DNA of 26,888 nucleotides from Candidatus Aegiribacteria sp. (lineage in GTDB: Bacteria; Fermentibacterota; Fermentibacteria; Fermentibacterales; JCC-6): positions 1-26,888 of the forward strand of contig JAWOBF010000011.1 of NCBI GenBank assembly GCA_046498225.1, read 5' to 3'. Positions 18,597 through 25,627 of the stretch are shown here, piece after piece. Each line of letters starts with the position of its first letter. Position 1 is the first letter of the stretch. The position numbers were made by a program, and so were the translations under genes. The notes below the pieces were generated by a model. That model had not been told where the DNA came from, searched no databases, and saw only the letters and a program-made list of their open reading frames with translations.

Positions 18597-18641
18597 TGTT
18601 GACTCCCTTTCTGTTGATTCCTCTATTGTCCCTCTCGCTTG

Positions 18642-18974
18642 CTATACCGTATCGACTTCCAGTATCATCGTATCCTCCGCCTGGTCAACCACCTCCACCG
18701 TTGCCCCCTCATGCAGCATGGTCTTCCTGGAAATAGGGATGCACCACCAGAGCTCCCCCCTTATCTCCACTACGGAGCGGTCCCTGAAGCCGGATGCCTT
18801 TCTTATTATCCCGGTCATGCCTATCATGGCCTGCGGGCCGGTGACGTCGGGAGAGCTCTGGGCCTTCAGCCCCAGGTACAGCTGAAAAAGCCCCAGGAGC
18901 AGAAGCACCACGCCACCTGTTATAACAAGTGCGACTACGTTAACAGACATGAAAAGTAAGTTCGCTATCATCAA
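18642..18974 (-). CDS. Short NfeD-like protein (one TM plus C-terminal OB-fold), partner of stomatin
   Basis: Hydrophobic N-terminus, then VTGPQAMIGMTG...VEIRGELW...GATVEVV...ILEV; immediately upstream of the SPFH gene. Confidence 0.8.
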   Translation of the reverse strand: MMIANLLFMSVNVVALVITGGVVLLLLGLFQLYLGLKAQSSPDVTGPQAMIGMTGIIRKASGFRDRSVVEIRGELWWCIPISRKTMLHEGATVEVVDQAEDTMILEVDTV

Positions 18975-20077
18975 TCCATCCTCCAGTCCGAAGCTGTTTC
19001 AATGCCCTTGAGCTTGAGGTCCAGCTTGGTGGGGTTCGACGCGGCGGCAAGGGCTGTCTCCCTGTCTATTCTCTCATTCGCTATAAGATTGTATACGGCC
19101 ATGTCGAATGTCTGCATTCCGTACTGGGTGTAGCTTTTCTCCATGGTTTCGGTCAGCAGGTAGGTCTTGTCGGGGTTGGTGATGCATTCGGAAACAGTGG
19201 AGGACTGTACCAGGACCTCCGCAGCAAGCACCCTCTTGCTCACGTCCTCCCTGGAGGGAAGCAGCCTCTGCGAGATGACGCCGCAGAGCAGCTGGCCCAG
19301 CTGCAGCCTCACCAGGTGCTGCTGCTCGGAGGGGAACACATCGATTATCCTGGATATGGTCTCCATGGCGTTGGTGGTATGCAGTGTGCTGAGCACCAGG
19401 TGGCCGGTCTCGGCCCCTGTGAGGGCGGTGGATATTGAGGTTACGTCCCGCATCTCGCCTATGAGTATTACGTCCGGGTCCTGCCGGAAAACCGCCTTGA
19501 GGCCGGTGGCCCAGTCTTTGGTGTCTATGCCCACCTCCCTCTGGCAGATGGTGGACCTGTTATCCCTGTGAAGGAACTCAATGGGGTCCTCTATGGTGAC
19601 CACGTGGGCATCCCGGTGCTTGTTGATGTGGTCTATCATGGCCGCGATTGTGGTCGACTTTCCGGTTCCCGTGGCGCCGGTGACCAGTATCAGCCCTCTC
19701 TGCTCCATGGATATCTTCTTGACGACATCCGGCAGCCCCAGGTCGTCTATCATAGGCACCTCGAAGGGTATCCGCCTCATCACCATTGCGGGGGTTCCCC
19801 TCTGCTGGTAGATGTTGACACGGAACCTCGAACTGCCCTCCAGGGCGTAACCCAGGTCCAGTTCCTCCCCGGAGGCGAACTTGTCCGCCTGACGCTGGTT
19901 GAGCATCTCCATGATTATGCGTCTGAGATGCTCGGACTTCATTACGGAGAATTCCTCGACGTGAACGATGGACCCGGATTTTCTGATTATGGGCTTGCTG
20001 CCCACCTTGAAATGGATATCGCTGACATCATCTTCGAGTACGGCTCGCAGCAGTTTGTCAACAGCTTTTTCCGGCAT
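18971..20077 (-). CDS. PilT/PilU-family type IV pilus retraction-type ATPase
   Basis: SDIHFKVG, RFRVNIYQQRG, Walker A GATGTGKSTT, TIEDPIEF, QREVGID, RQDPDVILIGEMRD, His box TGHLVLSTLHT and GMQTFD. Confidence 0.93.
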   Translation of the reverse strand: MPEKAVDKLLRAVLEDDVSDIHFKVGSKPIIRKSGSIVHVEEFSVMKSEHLRRIIMEMLNQRQADKFASGEELDLGYALEGSSRFRVNIYQQRGTPAMVMRRIPFEVPMIDDLGLPDVVKKISMEQRGLILVTGATGTGKSTTIAAMIDHINKHRDAHVVTIEDPIEFLHRDNRSTICQREVGIDTKDWATGLKAVFRQDPDVILIGEMRDVTSISTALTGAETGHLVLSTLHTTNAMETISRIIDVFPSEQQHLVRLQLGQLLCGVISQRLLPSREDVSKRVLAAEVLVQSSTVSECITNPDKTYLLTETMEKSYTQYGMQTFDMAVYNLIANERIDRETALAAASNPTKLDLKLKGIETASDWRMD

Positions 20078-20648
20078 ATAGATCGTGCTCCCTGATGTAA
20101 TCCCTCACGCTTTCCGGTAGAAGATAGCGTGTATTCCTCCCTTCTGCAAACCTCTTTCTCAGCCGGCTGGAGGAAATATGGACAGCAGGTATGGGGAAGG
20201 TCTCCACATCGGCGCCGATGTCTTCGGGAATGGGACCGGCGGGGTAACCGGGCCGTGTCCCCGCCACCATCTTCGCCATATCCGATATTCCGCCGGGGTC
20301 CTTCCAGGTGTGCAGCTCCCGAAGGCTGTCCGTTCCCATTATGAAGCATACGTCCATTCCCTCCCCCCTGAGCTTGCGAATGAGGTTCACGGTCCATGAT
20401 GGGCCGTCAGCGGGTTCCAGGTCCGCCGCCGTCAGCTCCGGGGCGTCAGCCGAGGCCAGCTCCGCCATTCTGAATCGGTGATGGAAGGGCGTCACCCGCC
20501 GGCCGGGCTTGTGGGGGGGGAATCTCGAGGGAACCAGGAGAACGCCGTCCAGCTGGAATACTCCGAGGGCTTCCATGGCCAGGACGAGATGGCCGTAATG
20601 GGGCGGGTCGAATGTCCCTCCCAGAAGCCCTGTCATTTCACAGTTCAC
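20058..20648 (-). CDS. nadD: Nicotinate-nucleotide adenylyltransferase
   Basis: GGTFDPPHYGH, PPHK, FIMGTDSL, W and ISSSRLR...LPESVRDYI...LY. The start could be GTG 20648 or the next ATG (MTGLLGG). Confidence 0.94.
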   Translation of the reverse strand: MNCEMTGLLGGTFDPPHYGHLVLAMEALGVFQLDGVLLVPSRFPPHKPGRRVTPFHHRFRMAELASADAPELTAADLEPADGPSWTVNLIRKLRGEGMDVCFIMGTDSLRELHTWKDPGGISDMAKMVAGTRPGYPAGPIPEDIGADVETFPIPAVHISSSRLRKRFAEGRNTRYLLPESVRDYIREHDLYAGKSC

Positions 20649-21378
20649 CCAGTCTGGATTGGATCTCCTCCAGCTGGTCGCGGTCCAGTTCGCAGTTTTC
20701 CAGGGCCCTCTCGTAGAACTCCCTCGCCCTGTAGGTATTGCCCTTCCTGGAATAGACGTCGCCCATGGCCAGAAGGATGTCGGCCGTGCAGTCGGTCTCG
20801 CCGTAATCGTTCAGCGCTTCCCTGAGGTAGAGAAGGGAGGCGTCCAGCCTGCCCCTTCTGGCGTAGAACTGTCCGGTGAACAGCGCTCTTCTGGCCAGGA
20901 AATCGTTCACCTCGACCATGAGAGAGTCCGCTTCGTCCAGAAGGGGTGACCCGGGATATTTGTCGTAGAAGCTCTCCAGCTGGTCCCTGCAGTTCAGCAC
21001 GGGGGTGAGGTCCTTCCTGTAATCCTGCCGCTGGGCCCACCAGACCCTGGCCGACTGGTAGGAGCAGTCGTCCGCCCACTGGCTTCTGGGGTACTCGTTC
21101 TGGACCCTGTCGAAATAGAAGAGGGCGTCCGCCCAGTACCTGTTGCCGGCCTCGGACATGCCCAGCCTGTAGAGGTAGAAGTCGATACTCGCGGAACCGG
21201 GGTAGCTGAACATCAGTTCCGTGTACAGCCGTGACGCCGCTGAGTATTCCTCCTTCTGGAAAGCTTCTTCAGCGAGTTCCTCTATTTGCTGAATATCAAG
21301 CCCCTCGGTGTTGTAGGACCTGCCGCACGCGGCGGCAAGAAGCACCAGCGCGGTGATGACAGCCATCTTGACGTTCAT
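20638..21378 (-). CDS. bamD: Outer membrane protein assembly lipoprotein BamD
   Basis: Lipobox LAAA-C and TPR repeats with YPGS/YPRS turns; RKDLT...FYDKYPGS...LARRALFTGQFY.RRG...A...Y matches the BamD C-terminal pattern. Confidence 0.85.
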   Translation of the reverse strand: MNVKMAVITALVLLAAACGRSYNTEGLDIQQIEELAEEAFQKEEYSAASRLYTELMFSYPGSASIDFYLYRLGMSEAGNRYWADALFYFDRVQNEYPRSQWADDCSYQSARVWWAQRQDYRKDLTPVLNCRDQLESFYDKYPGSPLLDEADSLMVEVNDFLARRALFTGQFYARRGRLDASLLYLREALNDYGETDCTADILLAMGDVYSRKGNTYRAREFYERALENCELDRDQLEEIQSRLGEL

Positions 21379-21387
21379 TCGAATAAT

Positions 21388-22377
21388 CTACTCCATCTCA
21401 AACTCGTGGTAGGTGAGCGAGTCCCGTCTCGCGGCCGCGGCGAGGGCCGCCTGGGAGGATGATCCGGGAGAGACTCCGCACGCCCTTCTGTACCACATGA
21501 GGGCGCTTTCCAGGTTACTGTTCCCCTCTTCCATCAGTCCCAGCATGTAGGCCGCCCTTATCCTCTCCCCGGAGAAGTTGGAATCCCATACCTCAAGCAG
21601 CTTCTGCCTGGCCAGGGTGCTCCGGTCTTCTCTCATGTCTTTCTCCGCTGCTTCCAGAAGAAGTTCTATCCTCCTCTGCCGCATATCCGGCTCTATCCCG
21701 CCGAGCCTGTCAAGTTCCGTCAGCACCGTCAGCTCGTCATCCCTTCGCTGGGTATAGGGCAGCAGCAGCGCCTTGGCCCTGAGTATCCCTTCCCTGAGGT
21801 CCGTGCGTAACCGGGGTACCCTGTCCAGCTCCACCAGGTACTTCTCCGCCGCCGAGGCCAGCATGCTGTCCGCCGTGGAGGACCCGGCAAGGGTGTCGGG
21901 TATTTCCGCCACCTGCTCCAGATGATTGCCCGCGTAGGTTCCCCTGAACAGCCATTCCGATTCGAACGCGTCCCTTGTGTTGAACGAGAGGGCGTTCTCG
22001 AAACACTGGAAGGCCTGAAGTGAATCGGAGTTCCGGGCCATCTCCCAGGCCAGTCTTCTCCAGAGTTCGCCCACCTCCCTGGCCTCGAGTTCCCCGTGAT
22101 TGTCGGAGAGAAGCTGCAGAGCTACCCTGGCCTTCTGCCTGTAGACGTTGCTGCGCTCCTGCTGGGCCGCCAGGACCGCCGTCTCCGCGTAGTCCAGCAT
22201 AAGTTCCGGCTGGCTGTCACCCATGGCCACCGCCTCCTCGAACAGCATCAGGGCCTGGGCGTAGTTCCCGGACCTCCTGAGAAGCCTCGCTTCCTCGGCG
22301 ATGTCCGAATCATCGCTATCTCCCCCGCATCCCGTGACCAGCAGGAAAAATGCTGCCGCAGCGGCTGCCGCCCTCAT
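21388..22377 (-). CDS. TPR-repeat lipoprotein, function unknown
   Basis: Lipoprotein signal MRAAAAAAAFFLLVTG-C (start 22377; the track's 22440 overlaps the upstream gene). TPR-like helices: GNYAQALMLFEEA, AFQCFENAL and AAYMLGLMEE...ALMWYRRA. Confidence 0.72.
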   Translation of the reverse strand: MRAAAAAAAFFLLVTGCGGDSDDSDIAEEARLLRRSGNYAQALMLFEEAVAMGDSQPELMLDYAETAVLAAQQERSNVYRQKARVALQLLSDNHGELEAREVGELWRRLAWEMARNSDSLQAFQCFENALSFNTRDAFESEWLFRGTYAGNHLEQVAEIPDTLAGSSTADSMLASAAEKYLVELDRVPRLRTDLREGILRAKALLLPYTQRRDDELTVLTELDRLGGIEPDMRQRRIELLLEAAEKDMREDRSTLARQKLLEVWDSNFSGERIRAAYMLGLMEEGNSNLESALMWYRRACGVSPGSSSQAALAAAARRDSLTYHEFEME

Positions 22378-22396
22378 CGGGTACACGACCGGGTTG

Positions 22397-22984
22397 CTAC
22401 TCTGCTCGGCTGGAGTAGAAGAGATATACCAGGCTTGCAACTACACCGGTAACCACTATGGGCTCCAGTATTCCGCCTCCCCTGTTCTCAGGTAATTCTC
22501 CGGAGAGCCATGCCCACTCGGAGGAGCCGTCAAGCACCTGGGCGTCGGACCAGGATATGACATCGGACTGAATTCCGCTGGTCCTGACGCTCATTACTAT
22601 TTGGCCGCCGGTGTCGAGAAGGGTCGAGGAGAGCTCGCACTTCGCTATCCTCTCCACTTTCTTGTTACCCACCAGCCAGGGCCTGCTCACGTCCCCGTAA
22701 TCCACCGAAAGCTCCATCGGACGGACCCGGAGCACCATGCCGGTGCTGTCCGGCTCCTCCCGGTCGATGACGTGGAATCCCTCATCGTGCAGAAAGGACA
22801 TCACCGTCTGACTGATAAGCCAGCTCCCGGCGTGTTCTCCCACTATCTCCACCGAAACGCTCTCCACGCCGTAGGCTGAGAGCTGGGCGGGTATTTCCTC
22901 AAGGGCCAGGGCGAGAGCGTCCTCCGCCAGTTCCATGTTGGTCGGAGCCAGGGCGAGAATTGCGGTCATCAGAATGGTATACAT
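22397..22984 (-). CDS. Exported hypothetical protein with N-terminal signal and C-terminal TM anchor
   Basis: SD-like GAGGAGAAGG upstream, signal-like MYTILMTAILALA, and C-terminal GGGILEPIVVTGVVASLVYLFYSSRAE. Confidence 0.7.
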   Translation of the reverse strand: MYTILMTAILALAPTNMELAEDALALALEEIPAQLSAYGVESVSVEIVGEHAGSWLISQTVMSFLHDEGFHVIDREEPDSTGMVLRVRPMELSVDYGDVSRPWLVGNKKVERIAKCELSSTLLDTGGQIVMSVRTSGIQSDVISWSDAQVLDGSSEWAWLSGELPENRGGGILEPIVVTGVVASLVYLFYSSRAE

Positions 22985-23065
22985 ATTCTATCCTTCTCCT
23001 CAGATATCGGTTCAGCCGCCGGTACGGACGGGAAACCCCCTCCGGTCCGGAAGCACACTCGCAGG

Positions 23066-23105
23066 GCCAAAGATAAGAACGAGGAGTGATTCGCGCCACT
23101 CCCTC
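23066..23105 (-). promoter_or_regulatory. Hairpin after rimO overlapping a candidate promoter
   Basis: Stem GGAGTG/CACTCC followed by GTTCTTATCTTTG (terminator-like). The same bases read TGGCGC(23098-93)-N17-TATCTT(23075-70). Confidence 0.45.
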
Positions 23106-24360
23106 ACGAAAGCACCCGGCAGTCCAGGTCGGGTCCCGCGTAGCCGGTCACCCTGCACTCCACAACCGACCCGGCACTCACATCCCTGTCCAGGATGCAG
23201 GCGCCGTCCACCGCCGGAGCGTCGAAGCGGGAATGACCCAGCCCCGCTCCGTCTGCCATAACCTGTATGACACTTCCCTCGAGCATTTCCCCCCACCGGT
23301 CGTAATGCTCCTCCGCCAGGTCGCCTATCCTGGTCATCCTGGACCGGACAGTTTCCTCTTCGGGCAGCTCACCGGGGGAGATTTCATTGTACACCCTGGT
23401 GCCCTCTTCATGCCAGTAGGGAAAGGCGGCTACGGTGCGGATGCACGAATGCCCGCCCAGGAACTCCTCCAGCATTCGGAAGTCCTCCCCGGTCTCACCG
23501 GGATAGCCCACGATGACAGTGACCCTCACCGAAACCACGGGCCGGAAGAGGTCCAGGTCGCTGAACAGACCCTCCAGGTACTCTCCGGTGTATCCCCGCC
23601 CCATTCGACGGAGGATACCGTCGGAAAAGTGCTGCACCGGCAGGTCCATGTAGGGCATGATGTTGGAATGCTCCTCCAGCAGACGCGGAAAATCCTCCGG
23701 GAAGTGAGCCGGGTGGACGTAATAGAGCCTGAACCAAATTCCGGGATGCTCCGAAGCCAGCCGGGACAGAAGCCGGGATATTCCGCCCCCGCCGGAATTC
23801 CAGGCAGCGGTGTCCTGTCCCACGATGCCTATCTCAGCCGCCCCCTGGTCCGCCAGCAGCGAGGCGTCCCGAAGTATCTCCCCGGGGCTCCGGTCCCTCC
23901 TCGGACCCCGTATGAGGGGGATGGTGCAGTAGGCGCAGTTGTTGGAGCAGCCCTCGGATATCTTCAGGTACCTGAAGCTGCCCCCGCCCCGTAGCGGCGG
24001 AAGGTCCCGAACAGGGCTTCCCAGCCATCGGGCCAGGCCGGCGGTATCGGCGGGGCCTATTACCAGGTCGAAGTCCTCCAGGCCTCCCGAGCCGTCGTCG
24101 GGGTATCTTCCGGTAAGGCATCCGGCCAGTATCAGCTGCCTGCCGGGCCTCTCCCCCTTCCACTCCACGGCCTGCTCCATGGTGTTCAGGGATTCCTCCA
24201 CGGCGGGGTCTATGAAGGCGCATGTGTTCAGCAGCAGAAGGTCAGCCTCCCGCGGGTCGTCGGTGAGCTTCCATCCCGCGCCGGCCAGGCATCCGGCGAA
24301 ACAGTCGGAATCCGCCTCGTTCTTCGGGCATCCGAGGGTGAGAATGAAGGCTTTCCGCAA
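23104..24360 (-). CDS. rimO: Ribosomal protein S12 methylthiotransferase RimO
   Basis: MTTase N-domain LGCPKN..D, NTCAFI and AGCL; radical SAM motif YLKISEGCSNNCAYCTIP; IVGYPGET; RimO-type TRAM end DAPAVDG. TTG start. Confidence 0.88.
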   Translation of the reverse strand: MRKAFILTLGCPKNEADSDCFAGCLAGAGWKLTDDPREADLLLLNTCAFIDPAVEESLNTMEQAVEWKGERPGRQLILAGCLTGRYPDDGSGGLEDFDLVIGPADTAGLARWLGSPVRDLPPLRGGGSFRYLKISEGCSNNCAYCTIPLIRGPRRDRSPGEILRDASLLADQGAAEIGIVGQDTAAWNSGGGGISRLLSRLASEHPGIWFRLYYVHPAHFPEDFPRLLEEHSNIMPYMDLPVQHFSDGILRRMGRGYTGEYLEGLFSDLDLFRPVVSVRVTVIVGYPGETGEDFRMLEEFLGGHSCIRTVAAFPYWHEEGTRVYNEISPGELPEEETVRSRMTRIGDLAEEHYDRWGEMLEGSVIQVMADGAGLGHSRFDAPAVDGACILDRDVSAGSVVECRVTGYAGPDLDCRVLS

Positions 24361-24954
24361 CTACATCTCCCCGGGAGTTATTATTCGGTAGCCCTCGGGG
24401 ACCGAGTAGCTGAAAACGCCTTCCGGGTGGTCGGCAGCTGTGGATATGTCCCGAATCCTGTACTCGGTGGTATTGCCGTTGTAATCGGTTGTGGCGAACA
24501 GGAAGGGCAGGCTGTCTGATAGAGTGAACCCCACTTCTATCCGGTTTATGCCCTCCCCGAAATCCCCCTCCAGCGCCACCAGCAGGCTGTCATCCCGGGT
24601 TTCCACGACCCTGGACAGGGTGGTATCGCTGCACTGGTCAAGAAGATGGAGAAAGCTATCCGGCTCCCTGGAGGGGTAGAGAAGAACCTGCTGAAGGTCC
24701 GGCTCAACGGTATAGAGCGAGCTGCCGTCGTAGCCGGTCGCCGCTCCCGGGGGGTCGGAGTAGTCCAGTTTGAACAGGTCCGGCTGTGCCAGGTGCATGG
24801 TACCGGAGGAGAACTCCTCCTCCAGGGTAAGGGCCCAGTGGTCGGCCTGCCGGAAGCTGCCTGTCATATAGGCGGTATCCCTCAGCTTCTCCAGCAGTGG
24901 AGCCACAGGTGAGGACACTAGCGCCGCGGTAAGCATCAGAAGCTGGATCATCAT
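24361..24954 (-). CDS. lolA: Outer membrane lipoprotein carrier LolA
   Basis: Signal peptide, then GSFRQ...SSGTMHLAQPDLFKLDYSDP...YDG..LYTVEPDLQQV and C-terminal FSYSVPEGY; near ftsK, as is typical. Confidence 0.85.
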   Translation of the reverse strand: MMIQLLMLTAALVSSPVAPLLEKLRDTAYMTGSFRQADHWALTLEEEFSSGTMHLAQPDLFKLDYSDPPGAATGYDGSSLYTVEPDLQQVLLYPSREPDSFLHLLDQCSDTTLSRVVETRDDSLLVALEGDFGEGINRIEVGFTLSDSLPFLFATTDYNGNTTEYRIRDISTAADHPEGVFSYSVPEGYRIITPGEM

Positions 24955-24961
24955 ACTCCAA

Positions 24962-25627
24962 TTACATTTCGGGCAGTGGCTCGGGCTGGATCTCGTTCAG
25001 AATGAAGGGATCGACGGACGCTTCTTTGCCGATGACCACTACAACTCCGCTGTGGTCCGGGGCCACGGTGGAGATGATGTCCCCCCCGGGCTGGACCGGC
25101 ACCGAGGAATGGGACGAGAGCCATCCGGAAAGGGAATCGGAAACCTGGTTGGCCTGGTCCAGGAAGCCCTGTGGATATAGCACCAGCGTAACGTCCGGCG
25201 CGTCGGGGTCCTCCATGGTGATGGGGGGCGAGCCGATGGATATCATCAGCATCTCCAGCTGGTTCACCGTGGAAAACGCCGCCGGTGTTCCCACCAGCGC
25301 CACGGATGGGAACCTGACCCTGTCTATACCGTTGTCCGGTACCGGCTCCGTCACTTCTCCGGTGAGGTCCGCCTCTATCCTGCGCACCGCCAGCTGGGCG
25401 TCGCTTCTCAGGGGAGAGTCGGGAAAACGGTATATCAGGGTGTTGAAGGTCTCCCCGGCGGAGGTAAGGCTTCCTCTCAGGTACTGCTGGCACCCCCTGG
25501 TGAACAGGGCCGTTTCCGTATCGCCGGTTATGAACCCGGACCTGTCAAAATCATCGCTGTCCCCGCCGCAGGAAGAAAGCAGCAGCATAGCAGCAATAAC
25601 CGCCCACGGGAGCCTACTCGTCTTCAT
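24962..25627 (-). CDS. Lipoprotein with an N-terminal TPR pair and a LytR_C-like C-terminal domain
   Basis: Signal MKTSRLPWAVIAAMLLLSS-C (start 25627). TPR segment ALFTRGCQQYLRG...AGETFNTLIYRFPDSPLRSDA; LytR_C-like TLVLYPQGFLDQANQVSDSL...GVVVVIGK. Confidence 0.65.
   Translation of the reverse strand: MKTSRLPWAVIAAMLLLSSCGGDSDDFDRSGFITGDTETALFTRGCQQYLRGSLTSAGETFNTLIYRFPDSPLRSDAQLAVRRIEADLTGEVTEPVPDNGIDRVRFPSVALVGTPAAFSTVNQLEMLMISIGSPPITMEDPDAPDVTLVLYPQGFLDQANQVSDSLSGWLSSHSSVPVQPGGDIISTVAPDHSGVVVVIGKEASVDPFILNEIQPEPLPEM

Noticed and set aside
22397..22490. GlyGly-CTERM or PEP-CTERM sorting signal in the 22984 protein
   Set aside because: GGG precedes the TM helix, but the helix is not Leu-rich and there is no terminal basic cluster (a single Arg), so it cannot be assigned to a known sortase system.
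12942..23098. Sigma-54 promoters suggested by TGGC at 12970 and 23098
   Set aside because: Neither has the TTGC -12 element at the required spacing.
23012..23296. 94-aa minus-strand ORF spanning the rimO end and the intergenic gap; also the N-terminal extensions given in the track for ORFs at 3727, 6267, 12909, 15003, 22440 and 25708
   Set aside because: They overlap established genes or promoter-like regions. Downstream starts with an SD sequence, a stop/start overlap or an intact signal peptide explain the genes better.
23104..24360. The radical SAM gene as the missing third AmmeMemoRadiSam component
   Set aside because: It has the MTTase N-domain and TRAM domain of RimO, and it lies about 7 kb away beyond a promoter/terminator gap.
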